From positions 3,322 through 67,321 of the forward strand of contig JAGXTL010000029.1 of NCBI GenBank assembly GCA_018333635.1: DNA of 64,000 nucleotides, given 5' to 3'. Both the position numbers and the translations under genes were made by a program. The notes under the pieces were generated by a model that did not search any database, had not been told where the DNA came from, and saw nothing but the letters and a program-made list of their open reading frames with translations. How positions within the stretch are numbered: the stretch's first letter is position 1; the number at the start of each line of letters is the position of its first letter. Of this stretch, positions 1 to 8,011 are shown in pieces. The DNA comes from Dethiobacter sp. Its GTDB lineage: Bacteria; Bacillota; Dethiobacteria; Dethiobacterales; Dethiobacteraceae.

Positions 1-2423
1 AAAAGTAAGGCTAAAGCTGTAAGGGCGGCGGCTGCAGCCAGCAGGCAGCTGGCCACGATTCCGAGGACCGGCGCCACCACCGCGCCCGCCAGAACGGCGC
101 CAAGACACGCCCCGAGAAGCTCACTGCCGTAAACAGCACCGGTAGCTCTTTCCGGTTGCTTGTTCAGAGCGAGATAGCAGGCGGCAGAGAGAGGAAAGCT
201 GATACCATTAGCCAGCCCTGCCGCAAAAGTAAGCGCGTAAAAGATGACAGGTACTAAGGCAAGGGGCTGCAGCGCCGCAACGTCGGGAAGCACAGCAGCG
301 ATGGTTATAGCGAGCAAAGCAATGGCCGCTTGAGAGGCTGCCAGGAGAGTTGGCCGATTTTTGTCAGCCACGTAGCGATGGGTCAGAAAGCTCCCGAGTG
401 TCAGGCCGCCCATAAAGACGGCCATAATCAGGCCAATCATTTCGTAGACGAAACCATAGATGCTTTGAAAGGAAAAGAGCATGGCAATCTGCAATGACAT
501 GGCGGAAAGTCCTGTGGCAAAAGCGGTGAAAAGCACGGAAAATCCTGCAATATTGCGATCTGTGCGCCTGCTGCCTGCCCGCCAGACGGCAAACCCCAAG
601 AAGGGAATTAGGGCAAAGGATAAAAACCACCCGGGATGAAGGCGCAGTAGCCACCGGAATATTTCTCCGCCGCCGGGTCTGGTTAGCTCATCCCAAAACA
701 TCATGGTGTAGAAGTAGGCGATCGGTCTGAAATCTGAATTGATAAAGTAGCGTTGCTGTATTGGCGGCAATTCTTTTGACATTTGTTCCAGTGCTGTTAG
801 CGAGGGGAGCAGAAGGGGCAAAGCGGGTGGGCCGCTCAGTTGTGCGCCGCTGCCGCGTCCGTGTTGGCGGACAGTCCAGTTCACCTGCTGCAGTTGAACC
901 TCCGGCAGCAAGGTGTGAAAATGCTGGGGTGAGAACCCGTCAGCCGTAATTCCCAGTTTCCTGAATCGTTCCTCCAGCGTCGCCGCGTCTACCGAGATTT
1001 GCTCGTGAGTATCGGTGGCGATAAACAACATCGACCGCTCACCGGCAACAAGCACTCTGGAAAACTCAGCCGAAAGCGTGTGAAATATAGTAGTGTTGCG
1101 GTTGGCTACAGCCAGTCCCCGCAGGTCCGGAGTAGAGGAGGCCGTGAGGACAAGCACTCCTCCGGGCCGGAGCAAGGCGGCGGCTTCGCGGAAAAATTCA
1201 CTGGTATAGTAGCGATTCCAGACTGCGGTGACCGGGTCGGGCAGGTCAACGATAATCATGTCGTAGAGTTCACGCGCTGTTTTCACGAAAAGCCTGGCAT
1301 CGGTGTGCAGCAGGCGCACTCTTTTGTCTCCCAGCGCTGCCAGGGAGGCGGCAGAAAGATAAGGGCGGGCTACCCCGGTCAGTGCCGGGTCTAACTCTAT
1401 GTAATCAATCCGCTCCAGCGGATACCGGAGCATTTCGCTTAAAGTCCCACGCAAGCCGCCGCCAAGCAGCAAGATGCTCCTGGGTGCCGGGTGCTGCGTC
1501 ATTGCTAAGTGAGCGAAGTGGACCGCTTCCTGCTTTTCAAACTCCGGAGCCGGCGCCAACGGGCCGGCTGTGCTAAAAAGCAGGTGTCCGCTCTGAAAAA
1601 AGGTATACTGATCTTGGCTGAGCAGCACGGCGATGGTGCCGTGCCTTGACTGGCTTGTTTCAACCAGTTGGTGCAGCGGTGTGAAGTAGTGCCATTTCAT
1701 CCGGTACGCTTGCTGATTCAGTTGCTGCAAAAAGGGAAAGGTAACGGCAGCCGCCAGCGGCAGTATCCAGAGGAGCAGCTGGTTTGGCCTCATCCGCCGG
1801 AAGGCGGGGGTAACTGCTTTGCTAGACACTGACAGGACGGCGGCCAGCAACAGCAGGCCGGCCATAAAAGTTGCCTGGAAAGAATTCAGGTAGTGTACCA
1901 GCAGGAAAGTAAAAGCCAAGCCGCCAAGCATATTGCCTGCCGCTTCAGCCAGATAGGTTTTTCCGGCGGCCGAGGTGTCGCCGGCCGCGGAACGCTCACG
2001 CCACAATCTGGAAAGCAGCACAAACTGAATGCCAAAAAGCAGGCAGGCGGGAGCAAGAACAAGGAAAGCCGACAGCGCCATATCGGTTAACGTCAAGTAA
2101 GCGCCGGGAAGAACATTGAAGAAGCGGCGCAATCCACGAATGAGCCAGATGGTGGCGGGCAATAACGGCAAGATGCCTGCCGTGCATAAAATCAGCAACC
2201 GGAAAGGATTTTTGCTGCGAACGGATAAGAAGCTGCCCAGATGGCTGCCCGCGCCGACCCAGGCCAGCCAGACAGCCAGGATGATGCCGATAGATAGTTC
2301 ATTGCCATGGAAGACCATTAATAATTCCCGCAGGAAGAGAACCTGGGCAATTTGTGAGACGACGCCAAGCATGAGCACCGCCGGATAAGGCGGACGGATA
2401 TTTTTGTGTAGAAGCATTAACAT
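1..2423 (-). CDS. Fused MFS-like membrane domain / spermidine-synthase-like protein. Partial: the 3' end runs off the window start.
   Basis: My own translation of the minus strand gives one uninterrupted frame from ATG 2423 (or 2417, which sits better after GGAG at 2427-2430) down to base 1. It reads MLMLLHKNIRPPYPAVLMLGVV... with polytopic hydrophobic segments. The central part carries AdoMet-dependent motifs (LLLGGGLRGT, ELYDMIIVDLPDP), followed by further TM segments. It is missing from the ORF track because it has no stop in the window. The + strand ORFs at 761-2388 are its shadows. Confidence 0.75.
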   Translation of the reverse strand, partial: MLMLLHKNIRPPYPAVLMLGVVSQIAQVLFLRELLMVFHGNELSIGIILAVWLAWVGAGSHLGSFLSVRSKNPFRLLILCTAGILPLLPATIWLIRGLRRFFNVLPGAYLTLTDMALSAFLVLAPACLLFGIQFVLLSRLWRERSAAGDTSAAGKTYLAEAAGNMLGGLAFTFLLVHYLNSFQATFMAGLLLLAAVLSVSSKAVTPAFRRMRPNQLLLWILPLAAAVTFPFLQQLNQQAYRMKWHYFTPLHQLVETSQSRHGTIAVLLSQDQYTFFQSGHLLFSTAGPLAPAPEFEKQEAVHFAHLAMTQHPAPRSILLLGGGLRGTLSEMLRYPLERIDYIELDPALTGVARPYLSAASLAALGDKRVRLLHTDARLFVKTARELYDMIIVDLPDPVTAVWNRYYTSEFFREAAALLRPGGVLVLTASSTPDLRGLAVANRNTTIFHTLSAEFSRVLVAGERSMLFIATDTHEQISVDAATLEERFRKLGITADGFSPQHFHTLLPEVQLQQVNWTVRQHGRGSGAQLSGPPALPLLLPSLTALEQMSKELPPIQQRYFINSDFRPIAYFYTMMFWDELTRPGGGEIFRWLLRLHPGWFLSFALIPFLGFAVWRAGSRRTDRNIAGFSVLFTAFATGLSAMSLQIAMLFSFQSIYGFVYEMIGLIMAVFMGGLTLGSFLTHRYVADKNRPTLLAASQAAIALLAITIAAVLPDVAALQPLALVPVIFYALTFAAGLANGISFPLSAACYLALNKQPERATGAVYGSELLGACLGAVLAGAVVAPVLGIVASCLLAAAAALTALALL

Positions 2424-2623
2424 CAGCTCCTGAGGGAAATGTAACAGATTGATTTTATCATAATCAGGACTATACTGGTAGACAGATGAGTTTTTAACTC
2501 TAATTCCAGAAGCAGGACAGTGGTCACGCAAAAATTTTCCCTGAGTGGGTTATTGGGCTGAGCAACATCGCACATACTAATAAAAATTTTGAAATCCCTC
2601 TCAAAAAAAGGAGTTGCAAAAGC

Positions 2624-3076
2624 ATGCAAGATTCAATTGCCAGATCAGCTGTGGCAGGAGTTATTGGTGCTGTTATAATGAACGTATCGATGTACTTGAT
2701 TATGCTCATAGGAGTTGAAACTGTGCATCCTATTCAAGTAGCTGCCGATATCTTTGTGGACTTTCAACTGGTTAATACTACCATTGGTTTGATAATCGGC
2801 TTGGTTGGTACGATAGCTCTAAGTATTGCTTCGGCTCTGGCGATAGTGCTTATTTTTAAATGGACAGGTTATGATTACTCTATTTTGAAAGGAATCATTG
2901 TAGTAAACGCTATTGGTTTTAGTACAATGGGCTTATTTATGCCCCTGCTACAAATTACCCCCATTATCCAAACACAACCATTAACCAATCTCTTAGCCTT
3001 GCTGCATTTGACTTTGATCGGTGCTGTAATGGCTGTAATACTAAATAATTATCGTGTTGTGGGGACCAAAAGGTAA
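2624..3076 (+). CDS. Hypothetical small polytopic membrane protein
   Basis: 150-aa ORF with AAGGAG 9 nt upstream. About 4 hydrophobic helices. Visibly lower GC than its neighbours. No family recognised. Confidence 0.55.
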   Translation: MQDSIARSAVAGVIGAVIMNVSMYLIMLIGVETVHPIQVAADIFVDFQLVNTTIGLIIGLVGTIALSIASALAIVLIFKWTGYDYSILKGIIVVNAIGFSTMGLFMPLLQITPIIQTQPLTNLLALLHLTLIGAVMAVILNNYRVVGTKR

Positions 3077-3213
3077 AGGCAGTCCATTATTTGGCTTAAA
3101 TAACGAAGTGCTTGCATCCCGGACACTGTTAGTGGTATAATGATTTTGGCTCAACTCCTCAAAGTGAAGTCGGGCGTTTTTTCTCGACGTTTTCGCTGTC
3201 GATTTTTCAGCCG

Positions 3214-3287
3214 GCGGGTGTAGCTCAATGGTAGAGCGCTGGCCTTCCAAGCCCGTTACGTGGGTTCGATTCCCATCACCCGCTCCA
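3214..3287 (+). tRNA. tRNA-Gly (anticodon TCC)
   Basis: Cloverleaf folded by hand: acceptor GCGGGTG/CACCCGC, D arm GCTC..GAGC, anticodon loop CTTCCAA, T loop TTCGATT, encoded CCA. Confidence 0.9.
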
Positions 3288-3360
3288 TTTAGCTTAGGAG
3301 CTTTTTTTGCGGACAAAACTTTGTTTGCTTTGAGTTCTCAGTTGTGCTAGTTTATCACAT

Positions 3361-3436
3361 ACGCCTGTAGCTCAGGGGATAGAGCAACGGACTTCTAATC
3401 CGTGGGTCGTAGGTTCGAATCCTACCAGGCGTGCCA
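3361..3436 (+). tRNA. tRNA-Arg (anticodon TCT)
   Basis: Acceptor ACGCCTG/CAGGCGT, anticodon stem ACGGA/TCCGT with loop CTTCTAA, T arm GTAGG-TTCGAAT-CCTAC, encoded CCA. Confidence 0.9.
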
Positions 3437-3443
3437 CAAAATA

Positions 3444-3465
3444 GAGGTCAGAGGTCGGAGGTCAG
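3444..3465. repeat. Heptanucleotide tandem repeat (GAGGTCR x3)
   Basis: GAGGTCA GAGGTCG GAGGTCA G lies between tRNA-Arg and tRNA-His. A related GANGTCR x3 run occurs in reverse orientation at 17850-17876, sharing the 12-mer GTCGGAGGTCAG. Confidence 0.7.
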
Positions 3466-3512
3466 TAAGCCGGAAAAGGGCGCCTGATATTTGTCTCTGT
3501 GTAATGCTGTAC

Positions 3513-3590
3513 GGTGGGTGTAGCTCAGGAGGTTAGAGCACCAGATTGTGGCTCTGGGGGCCGTGGGTTCGAGTCCCATCATCCACCCCA
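3513..3590 (+). tRNA. tRNA-His (anticodon GTG) with G-1
   Basis: Extra 5' G before acceptor GTGGGTG/CATCCAC, anticodon stem CCAGA/TCTGG with loop TTGTGGC, T loop TTCGAGT, encoded CCA. Confidence 0.9.
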
Positions 3591-3609
3591 ACTAATTGTC
3601 ACTATGCAA

Positions 3610-3694
3610 GCGGGCGTGGCGAAATTGGCACACGCGCTAGACTTAGGATCTAGTGGGTAACTCCTTGGAGGTTCGAGTCCTCTCGCCCGCACCA
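3610..3694 (+). tRNA. tRNA-Leu (anticodon TAG), long variable arm
   Basis: Acceptor GCGGGCG/CGCCCGC, anticodon stem CTAGA/TCTAG with loop CTTAGGA, long variable arm, T loop TTCGAGT, encoded CCA. Confidence 0.9.
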
Positions 3695-3799
3695 TTAAAG
3701 TTAAGGCTTCTTTAATTTTTAGCTTAAAGGGTTAATTTAGAAATACTGCAATTTCACTGCTGAGCCAGACAGACAGAGTAAAGAAATTTTAACTAAGCT

Positions 3800-3849
3800 A
3801 AACAGACACCTGCCCTATAATGTTTTATTATAAGGGCAGGTGTCTGTTT
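3800..3849. terminator. Bidirectional intrinsic terminator (17-bp perfect stem)
   Basis: AAACAGACACCTGCCCT..AGGGCAGGTGTCTGTTT flanked by A/T runs. It lies between the + strand tRNA cluster and the minus-strand GGDEF fragment. Confidence 0.7.
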
Positions 3850-3898
3850 GTATAAGAAAATTATAAAGTAAACCCCCATGCCGTCTGCGGCACCATAA

Positions 3899-3990
3899 GA
3901 AGGATGAAAATAATCCTTCACCTTGCCCTCACCCTGACCCTCTCCCAGAGGGAGAGGGGATTGTGGCGGCTATTTTCAGGGTAGAGGGTA
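3899..3990. repeat. Composite palindromic repeat element (family 1)
   Basis: AGGATGAAAAT...CCCTCACCCTGACCCTCTCCC-AGA-GGGAGAGGGGA...GCTATTTTCAGGGTAGA. The core perfect palindrome is at 3938-3958. The same composite recurs at 17599-17760, and its core recurs inverted at 17297-17329. Confidence 0.8.
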
Positions 3991-4028
3991 TAATTTGTTG
4001 CGGCTGCTTCACCCATTTTGCAGGTATC

Positions 4029-4382
4029 TCAATGATAGGTTCTGCCCCGCTTGCGCTCATACATTAATTGATCTGCCTTTTTCAACAGAACTTCAAGACT
4101 GCAGGGGCTCTCGCCGGGGTCACAATAAACAATACCCGCACTAAGGGATAATCTATAGCATTTCTTAGCGAAGATATTGTGGGAATGCAAATTTTCTTGC
4201 AGACGACCAATAATGCTGCAACCATTAAACTCGTCTGCGCCAGCTATCATGACCACAAATTCGTCCCCGCCAATGCGCGCGATAACATCCGACTCACGGA
4301 AGGTGTTTTTGAGGATGTTCGCCGTTGCGGTCAAGGCGTTGTCTCCCTCACTATGTCCAAAAGTGTCATTAATTGATTTCAT
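4029..4382 (-). pseudogene. GGDEF-domain fragment, N-terminally truncated diguanylate cyclase remnant
   Basis: The ORF starts inside the domain (MKSINDTFGH...). RESD I-site and GGDEF motifs are present (RESDVIARIGGDEF). The upstream in-frame codons encode ...WLIFIDIDG but lack any start codon, and they are preceded by stops. Confidence 0.65.
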
Positions 4383-4463
4383 TCCGTCAATATCTATAAA
4401 AATTAGCCAGACCTTTGTCTTGTCACGGTTATGTATTTATCACTCACCCATTATGGTACTTGC

Positions 4464-5171
4464 TTATCCCGTCAACTGTCTGGACCATTTGCTCCAGAGT
4501 TGTGCGGCGGCTTCCACCACCAGCGGGTCAAATTGCTTCTCCTTGTTAACTTGCAACTCACGATAGCAACCTTCCCATGATAAAGATTTGCGGTAAGGCC
4601 TGTCAGTAACCATGGCATCAACCGCATCAGCCACGGCAATTATCCTCGAACCTAAGGGAATATGATTCCTTTGCAAACCCTGTGGATACCCTTTACCATC
4701 CCATCTTTCATGGTGGTGCAGTACGATTTTAGCAATTTTATAAAGCCTGCTCGATTTGCACAGGATGTTATAGCCGAGTACTGGGTGTGCCAGTATTTGC
4801 GTCCACTCATGGGGAAGAAGCTTCCCAGGTTTGTTTAAAATATCTTCTGCGACCCCTATCTTCCCTATATCGTGCAGGTGTGCGGCTATGTGCATGTTTT
4901 CGAATTCCGGCTCCTTAATCTTCAACGCACGGACTATATCCAGAGTCATATCTGCTACTCTGGAGGAATGGCCGCTGGTAAACGCATCTTTCGCCTCCAA
5001 CGCAGCAACGAGGCACTCAATAATGTCGTGAAAGAATTCCTGACAATCTGGCTCAGCCTCTTCACGGGACCAAATGAATCCGGTGCCCGGCTTTTTTGTG
5101 CCGGATAGAAAATTCCTGATAATATTTTGCAGCATTAGTGGTGTCTCCTTTGTCTCATTGGCACGGACCAT
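4464..5171 (-). CDS. HD-GYP domain protein (putative c-di-GMP phosphodiesterase)
   Basis: HDIGKIGV and HHERWDGKGYP motifs; 235 aa. Confidence 0.8.
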   Translation of the reverse strand: MVRANETKETPLMLQNIIRNFLSGTKKPGTGFIWSREEAEPDCQEFFHDIIECLVAALEAKDAFTSGHSSRVADMTLDIVRALKIKEPEFENMHIAAHLHDIGKIGVAEDILNKPGKLLPHEWTQILAHPVLGYNILCKSSRLYKIAKIVLHHHERWDGKGYPQGLQRNHIPLGSRIIAVADAVDAMVTDRPYRKSLSWEGCYRELQVNKEKQFDPLVVEAAAQLWSKWSRQLTG

Positions 5172-5506
5172 AAAACTGTGTCCTGTTGGTGATATTGAAA
5201 TTCATTCTCAATACAGATTATATGCTTTAGTTCATCCTCCGTCAAGAAATCTTTTCCTGCCGTATTGTCTGACCGCAGCCAAAATAGATCTTCTCCTTGC
5301 CGGAGTGCCGGCGGCAACAGCATTGGCTGTACTCCGAGGCCTCATACGGTCAGCCAAAGGAGCCGATTTGCTCCAATCCACCGATTGGCTGAATAAATCC
5401 ACTTTATTTGCCTCCTTACTCATTGAACTACTCATTGAGCTCGATGTTAACATATTTTTAACAGAAAGATAACTTAAGATGAGCATTAATAAGCACTGTT
5501 TGCAAA

Positions 5507-5535
5507 TTGACATAGTAGCGGAGAAAAAGTATAAT
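5507..5535 (+). promoter_or_regulatory. Consensus sigma-A type promoter for vapBC
   Basis: TTGACA (5507-5512), 17-nt spacer, TATAAT (5530-5535), 31 nt upstream of the antitoxin ATG. Confidence 0.6.
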
Positions 5536-5566
5536 ATATAATATACTTGCGAAAGAAGGTGCTGCT

Positions 5567-5797
5567 ATGCCACAATTATCACTTTATATTGATGAAGAAA
5601 CCTTAGCTAGAATAGAAACTGCTGCGAAAATTAACAAAACCTCAATTTCCAAATGGGTTTCGGAAAGGTTGAAAGAATCTCTGGCAAACAATTGGCCTGA
5701 GAACTATAGAAGTTTATTTGGCTCAGTGAATGATGACTCATTCGTTTACGAAAAATGTAAAAGTTTTTCGAATGATTCTGAGAGAGAAGAATTATGA
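5567..5797 (+). CDS. vapB: Type II antitoxin, ribbon-helix-helix (VapB-like)
   Basis: 76 aa with an N-terminal beta-strand/helix pattern (QLSLYIDEETLARIE). There is a 4-nt ATGA overlap with the downstream PIN toxin. Confidence 0.7.
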   Translation: MPQLSLYIDEETLARIETAAKINKTSISKWVSERLKESLANNWPENYRSLFGSVNDDSFVYEKCKSFSNDSEREEL

Positions 5798-6198
5798 AGT
5801 TTTACCTTGATACCAATATCTGTATTTATTTTTTAAAGAGCCAATTTTTGCAATTATTGGATGCGATTATGTCGCATAGTCCGGACGATATAAAAATTTC
5901 CTCAGTGGTAAAAGCTGAATTGCTTTACGGCGCAGAGAAAAGTCAAAAAAGGGAAGAGAACCTAGAGAAGGTGAGGAAGTTTCTTTTGCCATTTGAGATA
6001 ATATCTTTTGATGATAAGGCTGCAGTAGAATATTCGGTAGTGAGAGCAAGCATGCAAAGTGCAGGCATCGTCATCGGACCCAATGATTTAATTATAGCCG
6101 CAACCGTTCTTTCGCATTGCGGCACTTTAGTTACGAATAACGAAAAGGAGTTTAGAATGGTGCCCGGTCTGAAGGTGGAAAATTGGCTTGCCAAGTGA
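5794..6198 (+). CDS. vapC: Type II toxin, PIN-domain ribonuclease (VapC family)
   Basis: YLDTNICIYFL N-terminus, conserved acidic positions, C-terminal LVTNNEKEF. 134 aa. Confidence 0.8.
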   Translation: MKFYLDTNICIYFLKSQFLQLLDAIMSHSPDDIKISSVVKAELLYGAEKSQKREENLEKVRKFLLPFEIISFDDKAAVEYSVVRASMQSAGIVIGPNDLIIAATVLSHCGTLVTNNEKEFRMVPGLKVENWLAK

Positions 6199-6331
6199 GA
6201 ATGTAATTATCCAAGGCATATCCTGCAGGTATTGGAAAATCTAACAGAATCTTTAATGTTGCAGTTGTGGAGTAGAGTCTCTGCCTGACTCCCCGATTTT
6301 TCAGTGTTTTCCAGTGGTTTGCGGAATAATC

Positions 6332-6595
6332 TCACGCTTCCCGGCGTTCCATAAACCAGCGGTCTTCCTCATAAAATAAGTAAACTTGCCTGCCCAGCAC
6401 TGTGCAGGCATAACGGATGCCTATGCCGCCTGCTTTAAGGCTTGCCGCCCGGCAGATATCAATAACACGATCAACGGGATAGCGGCAACCGTCTTCCCAC
6501 CATAATGCCACGGGGATCAGCCTGCCGTCCGGGTGAAAAAGAGCCTCAACCTTAACGTACACCTTGTTGTGATTGTGATATTTCTTCTCTTTCAT
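6332..6595 (-). CDS. Small conserved hypothetical protein translationally coupled to dinB
   Basis: 87 aa. Its start overlaps the dinB stop by 4 nt (ATGA). Sequence WWEDGCRYPVDRVIDICRAASLKAGGIGIRYAC...LFYEEDRWFME. No named family recognised. Confidence 0.6.
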   Translation of the reverse strand: MKEKKYHNHNKVYVKVEALFHPDGRLIPVALWWEDGCRYPVDRVIDICRAASLKAGGIGIRYACTVLGRQVYLFYEEDRWFMERREA

Positions 6596-7842
6596 TTTAT
6601 CATACCTTCTTTGAAAAAGCCTGGCGGATGTATAAGATGGTCGCCCTTGGGGTTGATGCCGCCCAGCGGCTGGTCAGCCGACACAGAGGCGCGCTGGATG
6701 CAAAAATGCCCGAATCGTTTGCGCAGCAAATCGACAGTTTTGTCTAACGTCGCCTGCTTTTCCCTGGTGTCGTTGTCAAAGATAGATAATTGCAGCGGAG
6801 CAGCGGCAGAAATCAGTTCGCTGCAGCGCACACCGATACTGCGGATTGGTTTGGCCCAACTATAGTTTTGGCGAAAGAGCCGCATAGCCGCATCAGCAAT
6901 CTCGCCTGAGATGTGAGACGGCGTTTCAAGCTTCACTTGTCTTTCAAAAGAAAAAAGTGCACTGTCACGGATGGAAATAGCTACAGTGCGGCAGAAAAAG
7001 CCGTGTTCACGCATTCTTGCGCAGACGCTCTCGCAAAGCACAAATAAAATAATTTTCACATCTTCGTCGCAGAGCAAATCCCGCGGCGTTGTAGTGCTGT
7101 TGCCAATCGATTTTACCAGCGCTTCCTCGTCTAGGCACATCACCGGTGTTTGATCCTGCCCATTGGCAAAAGTTGACAAAACATCACCAACCTTGCCGAA
7201 CATTCGGCGCAAAAAAGACGGAGGTGCGGCGGCTAGTTCGCCGATAGTGGTGATGCCGTACAGATTAAGTTTTTTCTTTGTGGCAGAGCCCACATATAAA
7301 AGATCTTCGACCGGCAACGGCCAGGCTACAGACCGGTAATTTTCCCGGCTTATCAGGGTGGTGGCGTCCGGTTTTTTTAGATCTGAGCCGAGTTTTGCGA
7401 AAATCTTATTGTAGCTGACACCTAAAGAAACGGTGACCCCTAATTCCCCCTTAATCCGCTCCCGAATTCTATCGGCTGCCAAAACACCATCGCTGCCGCT
7501 AACATCAAGCCAAGCTTCGTCCAGGCCGAATGGCTCAATCTGATGGGTGAAATCCGCGTAAATCTGCCGGGCAAGCTTAGCGTAACGCAGATATAAAGGG
7601 AAATTGGGAGGCACGATAACAAGCCCAGGACATTTGCCGCGCGCCTGCCAAAGCGCCTCCCCTGTGCGAATACCTGTTGCTTTGGCCGCATAGTTTTTCG
7701 CCAAGACAATGCCGTGACGCAGTTTCTCGTCGCCGCCCACCACCACCGGGTTATTCCTAATTTCAGGGCGATGCAAGCATTCCACGCTGGCATAGAAATT
7801 ATTCATATCAGCATGCAAGATAACGCGTTCTTTCATAAGCAT
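6592..7842 (-). CDS. dinB: Y-family DNA polymerase IV
   Basis: ILHADMNNFYASVE N-terminus with palm/fingers/little-finger length. ATG 7836 is the better-spaced start relative to GGAG at 7843-7846. Confidence 0.9.
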   Translation of the reverse strand: MLMKERVILHADMNNFYASVECLHRPEIRNNPVVVGGDEKLRHGIVLAKNYAAKATGIRTGEALWQARGKCPGLVIVPPNFPLYLRYAKLARQIYADFTHQIEPFGLDEAWLDVSGSDGVLAADRIRERIKGELGVTVSLGVSYNKIFAKLGSDLKKPDATTLISRENYRSVAWPLPVEDLLYVGSATKKKLNLYGITTIGELAAAPPSFLRRMFGKVGDVLSTFANGQDQTPVMCLDEEALVKSIGNSTTTPRDLLCDEDVKIILFVLCESVCARMREHGFFCRTVAISIRDSALFSFERQVKLETPSHISGEIADAAMRLFRQNYSWAKPIRSIGVRCSELISAAAPLQLSIFDNDTREKQATLDKTVDLLRKRFGHFCIQRASVSADQPLGGINPKGDHLIHPPGFFKEGMIK

Positions 7843-7855
7843 CTCCTACCTTATA

Positions 7856-7869
7856 AGAACATGTGTTCG
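7856..7869 (-). promoter_or_regulatory. LexA (Cheo/SOS) box
   Basis: The minus strand reads CGAACACATGTTCT, matching the Gram-positive CGAAC-N4-GTTC consensus. It sits just downstream of the -10 of the dinB promoter. Confidence 0.75.
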
Positions 7870-7874
7870 CTTAC

Positions 7875-7903
7875 AGTATATCCGATGAACTTTTAAAATG
7901 CAA
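7875..7903 (-). promoter_or_regulatory. dinB promoter
   Basis: The minus strand reads TTGCAT, 17 nt, TATACT. The LexA box begins 5 nt after the -10. Confidence 0.55.
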
Positions 7904-7929
7904 CTGGCAAACATTTTTCTGTGCGCACT

Positions 7930-7968
7930 AAAAAAGCTTCACCCCGATAGCTGGAGGAAGCTTTTTTT
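7930..7968. terminator. Bidirectional intrinsic terminator
   Basis: AAAAAAGCTTC...GAAGCTTTTTTT hairpin with an A-run and a T-run, downstream of the minus-strand gene 8012-8740. Confidence 0.65.
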
Positions 7969-8011
7969 GTATAGATTTGCTGCAGTTTTGCATCGTCCGG
8001 GCAAATAACGG

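Noticed and set aside
761-2388. Several 60-130 aa + strand ORFs in the track (761-949, 999-1394, 1382-1576, 1893-2090, 2116-2388)
   Set aside because: They lie antisense to the continuous minus-strand fused synthase gene and have Arg/Gly/Pro-rich junk composition. They are shadow ORFs.
3041-3316. 91-aa minus-strand ORF overlapping tRNA-Gly
   Set aside because: It is the antisense translation of a tRNA and its flank, with no RBS.
5074-5513. ORFs of 62-132 aa on both strands upstream of the HD-GYP gene (5074-5472 +, 5135-5323 -, 5232-5513 -)
   Set aside because: They overlap one another, none has a convincing RBS, and I recognise no domain. A stretch like GKDFLTEDELKHIICIENEF might be a remnant of a lost N-terminal domain of the HD-GYP gene, but I cannot support that.
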